NCBI GenBank assembly: GCA_001600815.1
Contig: BCKZ01000004.1
Span: 372,001-436,000, forward strand
Length of the DNA stretch: 64,000 bases
Origin: Alloascoidea hylecoeti
Lineage: Eukaryota
Direction of reading: 5' to 3'
Positions 48,744 through 61,952 of the stretch are shown here, in pieces (within the stretch, counting starts at the first letter, position 1; each line of letters opens with the position of its first letter). Under the pieces are notes generated by a model, which was not told the DNA's origin, ran no database searches, and worked only from the letters and a program-made list of their open reading frames with translations. The translations under genes and the position numbers were made by a program.

Positions 48744-50155
48744 GCATATACTAGCCAAAAATTATGGCAGATTAAAACACAACTATATGAGATCGGTCTT
48801 TCCGAAGATGTTAAAGAAACAATTATGCAATTGCATGGAAAGGTTGAATTGTTAATTAAAGAAATACAAACTAAAAGTAAAAAAAAAATACTGAAAAGAA
48901 TTTCCAAAACACTTTCAATTAGAAGTCAAAATAATACGAATCTCCATGTCAATCTAAAAATGTCTAATAATGATACTTTGATACTGGATGATATTTTACA
49001 ACTTTTATCAATAACTCTTATGTCTATTGGAGAGGATAAACATCCAACCGCTCAATTCTACAAATTATCAACGTTATTTAGAGTAGTTAATCAAATGAAG
49101 AACGGTAGACTTAAAGATTACGAAAGCGTTATAAAAATTAAATTAAATTTCATTAAAATAAAAACAATACTTGATAATACCCAAGTTAAAAAAAGTGATG
49201 CTATATTTCCTCTAATTGTAGATAAATGTCACAAATGTGAACAAAGTTTAATTTCAGTCGAAACTTCAATTAACAGTGAGATATTAAACATTTATAATAC
49301 TTTGTTACCGATTCTCGAATCTTTATTGAACTTAAAAAAAAGAATAATCGATCTTCCTAGAATTTCCGTGTCTGTGTATACCAAAAAAAGCCAAATTTAA
49401 ACTCATTACGTTTATTACAGAAACCTGAAGAAAACCGTTTAGAAAACGAAGGTACTTCAATACAAATGGAATTAATGCAATTAAAAGAAGAAATTTCAAG
49501 ATCTGTTACTAATGGCCAAAGTAGGGATATAGCTATCATTTATTCCATGTATGAAGAATGCAACATCCTTTTTGAAGATTATTATGGCTTCAGTTGTTAT
49601 AAAGAAGCAATGAATTTTAAATTAAAACCATTGTACGAACAATTGATCGAAATGAAATATTTTTGGGTTCAAAGGATTCGTACAATAACTCCTGGCGACT
49701 GTTGTAAATTGGCGACAGAATTTCCTGAAGGCGAATTAAATTTGAATATAAGCAGATTAGAAGAAGTTACAGACTTAAGAAAGAATGGGGTTTTTTTGGA
49801 CAAAACAGGAAAACCTCTGAAAGGTCAATATGCCATTGTACATCTAATTGGAAGATGTTATTCATTGAGTAGACAATTTTTCGAATTAAATGGTCCAATG
49901 TCTGGATCTTTAATGCCAATATATTCGGAATTGGTGTTGCTTCGAAATTCCTTAATCGCTTTAAAACTTCACAAAGAGGTTATAACTCCAGAAAAGGTAT
50001 CTAATTGTAAATCTGAAGTTGTTGAAGATGAGTATTTGGTTGATGGATCCGTTCCGTTAGGTCGGGACAATCTGAATTCCTTGATGAATGAATGTATTAA
50101 TTTGTATGCTGATATAGAAGAAAAGCTTTTTATTGTTGAATATGAGCTTTATTAG
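48744..50155 (+). pseudogene. Diverged CUB1/YPL260W-like (UPF0662) gene split by one frameshift
   Basis: LDDILQLLSITL..G, GQYAIVHLIGRCY..PMSGSLMPIYSEL and VPLGRDNLNSLMNEC match recalled family motifs. The frames overlap at 49361-49400, and one extra A in the A7 run (49383-49389) would join them. Confidence 0.65.
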
Positions 50156-50653
50156 AGAAATACCAAATATTAATTGGTGGTTTCAGCTAACCATTTTAGT
50201 CGAGTGTAAGAGATGTAAAAATACATTCCCTTTCTATCAATAATGTAAATCTTGATCCAGAAAAAGATAGCTATATTAATTAAGAATATAGATCCAACAC
50301 TCACGATGAAAAATATCTAGCAAACCAAATCAACGCGTTCATTTTTGAGCATCGATTAAAAAATTCAACTATCACACCTGGATTATGAAAAACGATTTAT
50401 TAAAGACCTCTTTGCTGACTGCTAAAGAGTGGATATCCAACAAATATGATAAGGACTACGCAGTCCAAGGTACATATTTTTGAGTTCGATATAGAAGGAC
50501 AAACTGGTGTAATAGATTACCGACACACTAATAGGTTATGAAGGAGGATAAATATCAAGGATATTAAATTAAATATATAGTACAAAAGTAAATCCCTAAA
50601 ACAAAACTTAAAACCGGAGCATTACAAATAATAGCATAATACACGCAATTGAT

Positions 50654-51021
<368 letters not shown>

Positions 51022-51117
51022 TATTAAATATTATAAGAAATTAATTTAAGTGAGATTATCTTAAGACACAGGAGATATAACCGGGGAAGGTAGGTGTTTA
51101 AATAAACGCATAGAATA

Positions 51118-51231
51118 TGCTGAAATATTCACATGACAACCCGGAATATTTCAGCACGCAAATCTCCCACAGTTAAGGGGTGTGTGGGTGCGTGCTGAAA
51201 TATTCCGGGTTGTCATGTGAATATTTCAGCA
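51118..51231. promoter_or_regulatory. Perfect 43-bp inverted repeat (51118-51160 / 51189-51231) in the H4/H3 divergent promoter
   Basis: The arms are exact reverse complements, and each arm is itself bounded by TGCTGAAATATT..AATATTTCAGCA. Confidence 0.9.
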
Positions 51232-51274
51232 CGGGCGTGTACGTCCTTACACCTCATCCACAATTGAGATATAA

Positions 51275-51733
<459 letters not shown>

Positions 51734-52192
51734 CTGTAAGATGTCGGTTATCTATGTATACTATTTGTAATATCATCTATTTATTGAAGATTCTAATGTC
51801 ACCTCGTAGTGGGTTACGTAATATGCCCATGTGATCGGCCGTCGACAAAAATACCACCGCTTAGTCAGCTGGCGGATAAGGTTTACGAGTGGAATCGGGA
51901 CGGAGATGATTTAACGCATTTGTGGTGACTGCAATAAAACAAGAGATTGTTGAAATATGAACAGGCTGAGCTCCAGTGTTGCTGGCTGGATGGAGGTAGC
52001 AACAACCGTAGACTGTGGATCAAAGAAGAAAGAAAGAGGCCCATATTGCTAAATTTAAAGGCACTTATCTAAAATAGCAATTGCATACTGTTTTATTTAG
52101 GTATTTAAACCGGCAGGGTAAACCTTTCTTCCCACACACACTTTATTACCAATTGCATTTGCAACTAACCACATTTATTTGACATAACCACC

Positions 52193-53065
52193 ATGACGGA
52201 TCCAATAGATATTCAAGGCCGTTTGCACCTGCAGCGCGATTCTTTGGCGCTTTCGGCTGGCATTGGAGGCGTCTCCTGGGGGCGACCCTCCGTTTCCAGC
52301 TTTTTTCACTCCGTTGTGCCTCAATTTGGGTTTAGTAACCATAACAATAACGGCCTCGGTATTGGCAGTATACCCAGCCAAGGCAACGGCTTTTCGTCCA
52401 GTTACCTCCCTTCCCTGGAAGCAAAATACTGCAGAGACTACTCCTGTTGCGGCGAAGTGCTTCCGACGTTACACCATCTACTCTCTCATTATGAGGAAAC
52501 ACATTCAGGTCAGCCTCCCATGGGCCAACACCAACAGCACGAATCACGAGCAAACACATCCATCGGCCTATCTATGGGAGTCCCAACAACAGAAGTCTTT
52601 ATAAATAATAACGAGTTACAGCTGACAAACATGGAGGACCTTCATTTTCCCGATCATAATTTTCCTCCTGCCGATGATTTGGATATGAATATGGACATGG
52701 ATTTGGATATGGATATGGATATGGACGATTCCAATGATCACATCGCAGACCCTGCTCGTAATCTATTCATTGCTAATCCCTCGGAATCAAAGCCTTATAA
52801 ATGTTCTATCAGAACATGCAACAAAACTTACAAAAATACCAACGGTCTTAAGTATCATATGGCACATGGCCATAAAGGTCAAAGTTTACGTAAAAATGAC
52901 GATGGAACACAAACAATTATAGGTCTAGAAGGTGTAGGTGAACTTGGTGAAGAAGACATGTTGAAACAATTAGAACAGGATAAACCTCACATGTGTACTA
53001 TTTGTGGTCGAAGATATAAAAATCTAAATGGTTTAAAGTATCATAAAGCTCATTCTGCACATTAA
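52193..53065 (+). CDS. SFP1: Sfp1-like split C2H2 zinc-finger transcription factor
   Basis: LPSLEAKYCRDYSCCG..LHHLLSHYEETH; KPYKC..YKNTNGLKYHMAHGH; KPHMC..RYKNLNGLKYH. Confidence 0.88.
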   Translation: MTDPIDIQGRLHLQRDSLALSAGIGGVSWGRPSVSSFFHSVVPQFGFSNHNNNGLGIGSIPSQGNGFSSSYLPSLEAKYCRDYSCCGEVLPTLHHLLSHYEETHSGQPPMGQHQQHESRANTSIGLSMGVPTTEVFINNNELQLTNMEDLHFPDHNFPPADDLDMNMDMDLDMDMDMDDSNDHIADPARNLFIANPSESKPYKCSIRTCNKTYKNTNGLKYHMAHGHKGQSLRKNDDGTQTIIGLEGVGELGEEDMLKQLEQDKPHMCTICGRRYKNLNGLKYHKAHSAH

Positions 53066-55318
53066 AATATTTAACTTTTCAAAAAAAAAAAAAAAAAAAA
53101 AAAACTTTCTTATGGTATGTTACACAACAATAATAAGCAAAAAAAATTGAGGTTACTTTTCATTCTACTATAATGTTATGTTCAAAAAAAAGTCCTTACT
53201 TATGATCTTTACCTTCTATACCTTTTATATCTAGACATTTTTATTTATGTTATATTACTGTTACATTTTACATGGTTTGTTCTCATTGTTTTTTGGCTAC
53301 TTGTACTTATCATCTTTTTTTTTTTACTTTATTAATTAGTATTAATAGATTGCTACACTTTTTCTTATAATATATTGCAATTGTTGTATCAAAATCCATG
53401 TTTATTATAGCTAGTAAAATTAAGCTCCCTATTTGGTTGCTTATGGACCTTATAGAACTACTACCAATTTGTTTATTTTTCATCAATTTTTAAACTGTGC
53501 ATGCAAAAAATTCAATTGTAATTGACATAACGCATAATATCACAAACTTAATTAAATCGTAAGTATTTAATTTATTGATTATAACTATCATGGGTGTATA
53601 CTTAAGCATATAATTTAGTTAAGGATTGAACTAAAAACTAAATAATCGACTTTAAATTTGCTAGAGCATCCAATTCGCGAACAAATAGTTAAAATTTGAT
53701 TTTAGCGCTTAAAAGATATGGTCCTTGCATTTAAACATTTAAGAAGTTTTAGTTAATTATAATCAAAGCAGATTATTAATAAATTTTTCATTGAAGCTCA
53801 CAAATAGAAATGATAGCTAAGTAAATGATAGCAATGTGCTTTCAGTATAGCTATAGTTTATTAGGTTTTGATCTCTCAACTTAATGACTGCATGAACTGC
53901 ATGGTTTCATTTAACTGTTTAATTTAACTTTCGTCTTGAAAGCTGTATAGTAAGATAAAATCAGATTGTAAGATTTATACGGGTGTAATCTAATCTTTAA
54001 TACTCTACTAGAACTATTCAAGAAACTTATTGAAAGACAAGTCTGGTATAGATAATCAAGGCAAAAAGAAATCTGTAACACAAGTATAAAAAGCATGTAG
54101 AGCAGCTAAAGCTTTAAATTTTCGATTTTATATACTATGCTTGTCTTCATTCTTCCGCCAAAGTATATCATATATGCCTTTTATGATTTTATTCTTCCTA
54201 TAAAAAATCATAATCTTAAGTCTAATAAAAATATTGACTAAAGATAACGTATTATGTAATTTATTGTAGATTTATTGTTTGATATCTTGTTTTATCATCT
54301 TATTTAGCTAATTAGTTAGACGATATATCGTTTAAATAAATTCTCCTCGAACTGAATTCTAAATCTAAAATTTATTGATCTCGGGCGTATAATGACATTG
54401 AAATTGAAATTGAAATTGAAATTGTTGTAGAACTATAAATTATAGAACGTTAATATGAAAAAGAACACAGGGGTCTATTAATTTTATTCACCGATTACAA
54501 TGAATAAAATAATAAGTATCATGACATTTCTAATAGTTATCTTAAATATTGACCCCGTCGCAAGACATACAATCACATACAGTAGATATATAAAGAGGAG
54601 GATTATAATGACATGATGGATAATTAAAAGCATCAATGTCATAAGGAAGGAGTTAAGTGGTTCCTTATTAGCAAGAACTTCTGGATATTTTCCGGCATCT
54701 CTATCCTTTTGACACCACTTTTAGAACTCTATCAAACTTGATATTGGGTTCCTCAATCTTAATGTTGAGCAGATCTTTGAACTATTTCAAAGATTCGATT
54801 TGAGGGACCAAACTTTTTGCTGTTACTTTATCTAACATTCTAAAATTTATTCAAACAAATATTTGTTTATTGCCTACTGTGACAACTAATAACACTAGCG
54901 ATCAGTTTCGATGCTTAACAGGATATAACGGATGAGTCCAATTAATTATTATTATACAAAGTATATGCTATATGGAGGATTGAATTGAATAAGAAAGAGC
55001 ACGTGTCAAGATTGATTTTGAAATATTGCAAAGGATTATGATAGTTGTTTAAAAAAAAGAATACAAGTTACCAGTTTTGGAACTGTATGACAGGGATAGA
55101 TTGTATTTCAATACGTGTACTATATAATTTAGGGCATCTTTGCAGCTTTCTGTTAAATAATTTACGAGTTCAAAAAACTATAGTTGCTTTTGAATTCTAG
55201 AAATGTAGCTATATAGCTATAGATTTTTATTTTGCACTGGCGGTAGATTGGACTCACAATTTGTAATTGGCAACATAATCAACTCAACCACCACTTATTT
55301 ACAAAACAGAAATTTCAC

Positions 55319-55786
55319 ATGGGTCATAGAAGACTTTTCAACACCCGTCCTAAAAGGGCTAAATCTAAAAAATCAGGTACAATATCAAAGTTAAGAAAAG
55401 AAAGTTCTCAAAATAAATTCAAGGAACAACTAGTTAAGAGAACCAAAAGGATATTTTTGAAGCATGCGCTGCCTATTCATCATGATAGACCTATAAGGAC
55501 TATTAGGCCATCTCTAAGGGCCCGGGAATCAATAATTTATCAAGGAATAGTTTCCAATTACAGGGTTAAGGGTACGAAAAAAACAAACAACAAGGAAGAA
55601 GAGGGTTTAAATTTGGAGTCGTCAGGTTCAGCTACGGGATCTATTGTTTTGGCTATTTTAGATACAGAGGTTCCCAGATGTGTAGTGGAGCGGCGGAGAA
55701 GGATTGGACTTCCTTTGAACACTCCGGAGGAGGTGAAGATGCGACATAAGATTGGATGGCAATTGCTGAGAGCATTTGAGAAGTAG
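55319..55786 (+). CDS. Hypothetical basic protein (155 aa)
   Basis: ATG-initiated intact ORF in AT-rich DNA with a K/R-rich N-terminus; no recognised family. Confidence 0.45.
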   Translation: MGHRRLFNTRPKRAKSKKSGTISKLRKESSQNKFKEQLVKRTKRIFLKHALPIHHDRPIRTIRPSLRARESIIYQGIVSNYRVKGTKKTNNKEEEGLNLESSGSATGSIVLAILDTEVPRCVVERRRRIGLPLNTPEEVKMRHKIGWQLLRAFEK

Positions 55787-56006
55787 AAGTAACAATATAC
55801 TCAATATAATTTATTTGTTCAACTCTTTTTACGCTTTGGGCGAAACTTAGTTGCCGCGCTCCACGTGCCCCTGTGTTAGTAAGCCGGGTAGCCAGGCGTC
55901 GTGTTACCCTGCTTGGCGGTGTTTATGGACTTCCCTTTTGGGATAATACCACTTTTGACTTACTTCCTGTTTGGGCCGACCGTCTCTCTTCATTACAACA
56001 GCAGAC

Positions 56007-58079
56007 ATGGATCCTCGGCCGTTTCGGACCCCGCTCCCCCCTCACCCGTCTCGCCCGCACCCTCGTCCACTGCAGGGCCCGCACACGGTCTCGGCCCGCT
56101 CACCGCTACGTCGTATGAACTTCAGTAGCAGTTTGAGTTTGAGCCTGGCCCCGAGCAATCTACCCAATGACACCCCCTCGAAGTGCACCCAGGGCCCCCA
56201 GGGCCCCCAGGGCCCCCAGGGCCCCCAGGACATGGACAGTCTGTTCTGTGTAGAGACCCCCTTGAAGCCACCCAAGAACAGGCGACCCATCAACAGACTC
56301 TCGTTCGGCAGATTCAACAGACCCTCCTCTACTAGATCTGTGTCATTTCTGCCATCTCCCACGACCCCCCTCCCGGCCGACAAAGAAAACCATTCCCCAG
56401 GTTCCAGCACCAGCACCACTGGCAGCCCGCAGAGCAGCAACACCAGTCCAGCCTTCGACTCATGTGACTCCTCCATAAACAGCTTCCGTCGCTCCCGCTT
56501 AAAAATGCGACGCACACAGTCAATGTATCAGTCTTCACAGGATGTGATGGACCAATCAACACAAGATCTGGTCGACTCTGAAATTTCAGAAATAACTTCT
56601 TTTTCTTTGGCTTCAACCAAAACAACCCCAAAGAAAAAAATAACCTCTTCATCTTCCAATCTGTTTCGTTTCTCCCCTAACGTCGCAGAGTCCGCGTCTT
56701 ACATATCATTTTTGGATGCCCCTGATTGTCCAATTGATCATTTCTCCATCCCAACTGACCCATTCAAAAGAATAACTTGCGAAACTCTATGTGAGATTAT
56801 GGATGGAAAATTCAATTCCCTTTTTGATGACTTCTTCGTCATAGATTGTCGTTTTGAATATGAGTTCGAAGGCGGTCATATAGGTGGTGCTATTAACCTA
56901 ACCAGTCATGCCCATCTAGAGAAAAAATTATTGAGTATTGATAATAATACAACTCAAGCTTTAACTCCGGAAAAACCAACCTCTAATAGATCTAGATCGG
57001 ATTCTATAGATTTCGATCCTGAAAAACTAAAGGATAAAAATATTTTATTAGTTTTCCATTGTGAATTGAGTTCTCATCGAGGTCCATTAATGGCCACTCA
57101 TCTCAGAAAATGTGATCGAACTTTAAATATAAATCATTATCCACATTTAAATTATCCAAATATTTTGATTTTACAAGGTGGTTATAAATCATTTTTTGAA
57201 AAATATTCAAATCGTTGTTATCCTCAACAATATGTTGAAATGAATGATAAATCTCATATAAATACTTGTGAAAGAGAAATGAGTAGATTTAAAAAAAGAA
57301 ATAATTTTAGTGAAAAGGATAAACATTCAAGAAAATGGACAAGATCAAAAACTTATACTTATGGTTTTGGAAAAGGTAATAATATTTTTTCAAAATCTTC
57401 TCCATCACTTAATAATATGAGTCCAAGTATATCAAAACAAAAACATGATAATAAATTGGATTTTAGTTTTAAATTCCCAATACATTCAAACCTTAATTCT
57501 TCTTTAAATTCTTCTTTTACTGATATGGAAATTGATACTGATGAACAAGAAGATTCAACACAAAATTATATCAATAATTATGATGATAATTCTTTAATAT
57601 CAACTCCAAGTGTTTTAAGATCTTCATTATTAAACAATACTAATATTAATAATAGTAATAGCAGTTCATTTAGTTTGGCATCAAATTTATCATCAGTTTC
57701 ATTACCATTATCTGCTTCAAGTACTGCAAGTTCTTCAACATCTTCAAGTTCTCCAAATCCAAATTCAGCTAATCGTCCTTCTCCAATTCCTTTAATACCT
57801 ATTAAAAGACGTTCATTTTTATCTGTTCAATCCCCATTAGCATGGGATTCATGGGATTCTCCTTCAAATGCTTCCACTACTTCTCTTGGTAGTCTTGGAT
57901 TTAATGATTCATCAATTGAAGATTTTACAGATGAAGATCATTTATCTTCAACTCCTACTATAACGAGAAAAAGATTTAATAAAAATCATGGAATGAGACC
58001 TGGAAGACTTGGTAGAAGTGTTAGTCAACCATTACATATGTTTCGACATAATAATCACATATCGAAGGATAGAAAATAA
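56007..58079 (+). CDS. MIH1: Cdc25-family mitotic inducer phosphatase
   Basis: IDCRFEYEFEGGHI, active site FHCELSSHRGP and ILQGGYKSFF. First in-frame ATG is at 56007. (CAGGGCCCC)x4 encodes QGP repeats. Confidence 0.94.
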   Translation: MDPRPFRTPLPPHPSRPHPRPLQGPHTVSARSPLRRMNFSSSLSLSLAPSNLPNDTPSKCTQGPQGPQGPQGPQDMDSLFCVETPLKPPKNRRPINRLSFGRFNRPSSTRSVSFLPSPTTPLPADKENHSPGSSTSTTGSPQSSNTSPAFDSCDSSINSFRRSRLKMRRTQSMYQSSQDVMDQSTQDLVDSEISEITSFSLASTKTTPKKKITSSSSNLFRFSPNVAESASYISFLDAPDCPIDHFSIPTDPFKRITCETLCEIMDGKFNSLFDDFFVIDCRFEYEFEGGHIGGAINLTSHAHLEKKLLSIDNNTTQALTPEKPTSNRSRSDSIDFDPEKLKDKNILLVFHCELSSHRGPLMATHLRKCDRTLNINHYPHLNYPNILILQGGYKSFFEKYSNRCYPQQYVEMNDKSHINTCEREMSRFKKRNNFSEKDKHSRKWTRSKTYTYGFGKGNNIFSKSSPSLNNMSPSISKQKHDNKLDFSFKFPIHSNLNSSLNSSFTDMEIDTDEQEDSTQNYINNYDDNSLISTPSVLRSSLLNNTNINNSNSSSFSLASNLSSVSLPLSASSTASSSTSSSSPNPNSANRPSPIPLIPIKRRSFLSVQSPLAWDSWDSPSNASTTSLGSLGFNDSSIEDFTDEDHLSSTPTITRKRFNKNHGMRPGRLGRSVSQPLHMFRHNNHISKDRK

Positions 58080-58382
58080 ACTACCTCACCCAAATCCAAG
58101 CAATATTTACAAATCATATATTTTGAATATTAATAATGATTTTTTCCATTATTTTCAATTTTTTTTTTTTATTACTCTTTTTTATTTTATTTTTTGTACT
58201 TTCTTCCTTTCTTTCAATTCATGATAAGATAATGACCAACTTATAAAAGTTTTTTGACTTATTTAACTTAATTTATGGTGGTTTTGTTGGAATTTTGCTT
58301 ACCTAACTTCATACTCTACCCTAGCCACATCATATCATTTTTTAAGGGTTTTTTCCATTTTATAAGTTTTATTTATATATAG

Positions 58383-58473
58383 ATTTCATTTTCATTTTCA
58401 TTTTCATTTTCATTTTCATTTTCATTTTTCATTTCATTTCATTTTCATTTTCATTTTCATTTTCATTTTCATT
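58383..58473. repeat. (TTTCA/TTTTCA)n microsatellite
   Basis: About 90-bp visible pentamer array downstream of MIH1. Confidence 0.9.
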
Positions 58474-59611
58474 TGACTTTGACTTTTTTTTCTTTGCAAA
58501 TAATATTTGGTATTTTAAACTACCTAAAGTACATGAATATTAGTATTTGTGCTATAGTTTACATTTTATGATGATAAGAATAGTATGAATAAGCTTAAAT
58601 AAAGCTTGAATAATTGCTATATATTTTTATTAATTTCAAATTTGCTTTTTAGTTGTAAGAAATATTATTTATCATGACCAAGTTAACAGATCCAAATTAT
58701 CAAATGATGAATAAACCAAGAAAACATAAACAATATATCTCCATGGTGATGGAAAATAAACAAAAATAACAATTAATCCTTGTCGGGTCAGGAATTTGGA
58801 TGTTGAGGGAAGAATTAATTTCGGTATAACATTAGAAGGAATAAAGGATTTTATAAACACACGGTTGGTGGGGTAATGACATTCAATGACAATTGGTGTA
58901 TAAATAGGATTCGACTTTAAAATATTGATCTAGATCTTAAATTTATAAATATTAATTGGCAAAAATGAACAATTATAGGTTATTGTAATTGCAATTAGAA
59001 TCGTCACTCCACTTAATTTACGCCATTTTGATAAATAATCATCGGTCACTCCCTTCAGTAATTAAACTATGGTGTGTGCACGGAAAGGTGTGTAAAGAGG
59101 GTCGGCGCTAATTATTCATCGGACGATAAACGATATTCAGTGGCCATCAATGACTGTAATTTATAGCGTACAAGTCAGACACGACTATAGTTGAACTTAG
59201 TACAGCTACGCCTCCACTCCTCCTATTCTAAAAATTATTCTCTAAGAAGAAATCGATCGTTGTACGTATCAGAGCATAAACTATTTCTCGTTAAACGGTG
59301 AAATATAATTGTGTAAACTATGCCAATTATTAGTCTTTAAAACAGCTAACTATGTCTCGTAGAGTGGGCGAACTATTCACTCTTTGAAACTTTTAAATAT
59401 GTTTTTAGAACAGCAAAACAAGGTTTGTAAAACATGCGAAATAAATTTTCGGCGCTAACTAACTAACTATCCTAACTACTATACGGTGTAGACATAACAC
59501 ACAAAGCACAGAGAAAAAGAACAATCAGTTTTATTTGTTCTTGGATCTTGGCCATATACCTATACAAAATGGAGATTGGAGCGAAGCTCAAAATTTATAG
59601 GGTAACAATAT

Positions 59612-60986
59612 TTGGCCCAAAAGGGAAATAAAGGGGCTACTACAGTAATTGGTCTTTTGAAAACACACAAAACATTTTCACAAAAAATCGACATTCACGT
59701 AGAGAACAACCAAAAAATTTCATTGTCTTTACACAAAAATCTTGAAACGATAGTTGATTTTGTTTCCTATCTTCCTAATGAAATATCTGAAATAATACTC
59801 TCAGATTTACCACTACCAACTTTACTCATCTGTAGAAGGGTTTCTAAATCATGGAAACAAATAGTTGGAAATGATGATATATGGAGATCAAAGTTTAAAC
59901 AAAATTTTTGGAAATACTACAATGATGATTCAGAAACCGATTCATGGTATGAATTGTATAAAGAACGTTATCTTTTAGAATCAAATTGGAAAAATGATAA
60001 ATTTAAAAAGTACCATTTATATACCCATTCTTCTAACACATGTTGTGTTAAATTTTTTAAAAATTGGATTATAACTGGATCAGGAGATTGTACGATAAGA
60101 ATTTGGGATAATGAAACTTTTCAATGTTTAAGAATATTAGGAAAACCAAACCATGAGATTTCAAGAGAAAGTTTATCAGAAATGAAAATGTTGGAATTAA
60201 CAGAAAAGAATGGTGAACTATTCCATTTCAATAGTATTATATATTTGGATATTAATGATAAATATTTGGTTTCTGGTTCAATGGATGGTTCTTGTATAAT
60301 TTGGAAATTACCAGATTTTAAACCAATAGATCGTCTGATAATAAGATCATATGTAAATTATTTAGCTTTAAATGGCGTCGCTTTATATAATGATTATATT
60401 GTATGTTGTGGTTATAATTATATTGGGGTTTGGAAATCAAATCTTGATAATGTGGAACATCGACTACAGTTTAATTTTCAACTCCGTATAAATGGAGAAG
60501 ATTGGATTAGTGGTATTTGCATTCACAATGGTATAATATATGGTAGAGTATTTGGGGGGTGTAAGATCCTGGAATATTGAAACAGGATAAACAACCCAAT
60601 ATTTCCGATTTAATGTTATAAATTGCTTTACTGTATATGATAAATACTTATTTGTTAGTGACTACGATAAAATAACAGTTCTGGATTTACAAACAAATAA
60701 AACAAATATTTTATTAGATAAAGTAACAGATAAAGTACCAGCTCCATTATTTATTGTTGATAATAAAATCATTACTGTTAATCATGAATGTACTATTAAG
60801 ATTTGGAATTTAAATAATTTAAAATTATTTAAAGAATTTAAAAACTTAGAACATGAAAATTTAAATTTAAGGTCTACTTCAATTGGTGCTGATTCAAAAA
60901 GATTAGTTGGTTATACTATGGATGGTGATGTTATTATTTATGATTTTACTAAAGAATTAAGGAAAAAATATTTAAAACATTTATAA
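59612..60986 (+). pseudogene. F-box/WD40 protein gene with disruptions
   Basis: F-box DFVSYLPNEIS..RRVSKSW; WD repeats ITGSGDCTIRIWD and LVSGSMDGSCIIW. A +1 shift at the G6 run (60554-60559) and an in-frame TAA at 60588 follow, then WD-like sequence continues (CTIKIWN, VIIYDF) to TAA 60986. No in-frame ATG precedes the F-box. Confidence 0.8.
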
Positions 60987-61952
60987 TCTATAGAAAATTT
61001 AAAGAAAGTTTAATTGAAATAAATTTGATAATATCAACCCCTCCATTAATAGGGAACTGTAGCATATATTAATATTGAAAGGATTTTATCTTATTAAGAT
61101 TTAATTGATTGTCTTCATGAAATATTATCATTCCATGATTATAACCTATTATAAAATATGGCCTTGTAGTCGAATATACACCTCCGAAATATAGAGCAAT
61201 TGGTATAGTATAAATATGCTTTATTACTATACTGGTGCCTATAATTATAGTCACAAACAATACTCTCTAATGATGATAGTATTTATTCTAGACCTTAGAA
61301 AGATACCGATATAAAGGGAGTTTGATTGATTAGATCAAGCTAAAAAGCCAACTCCATGTTATACAAGAGATGAGGAACATCTAAACTTTTTTTAATTGTT
61401 CACCTGAAATCGTTTCTAAGAAGAAGTGGGTTTATATTTACAATTCTGGATAGTATGAACATCTCTGCAAAATATATCAAAGGTTTCTAATAGCTATAAC
61501 GCTAATATTGATAAATCGGATATTCCCGATTAAATTCACTTTATCTTGGTCGGAAAGGCTTCAAAAGAAACTCAAATATTACAAGCTTTTCTCGAGAGGT
61601 AAAAAATTTAGAAGAGAATAGAAAAAATTATATTAAAGACAATGATAACGTTAATTTTCAGACTCAGATTAAAGTATGTAAAGTAAATAAGTAAATAAAG
61701 TAGGAATTCAAAATTATATATGCCATATATTCTATTTTTAATAGTTATTAACGGTGTAGATGATTGCAATTGATGGTAGGTATAATTTAATATCATATGC
61801 ATGTATTTGATATTAACGAGTGAGATGCTCCGTTATAGTTGTCTCCATCAAATAAATCTGCTACATATATTTTCCTGAATAATTAGGAAATTAATATTAA
61901 ATTTCTATTTTATAAATTTTCTTAATTATAATATGGTAACTACTATACTCAC

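Noticed and set aside
60561..60585. Tiny GTAAGA..CAG intron that might repair the F-box/WD40 gene
   Set aside because: Only 25 nt, no branch site, and splicing would create an immediate stop.
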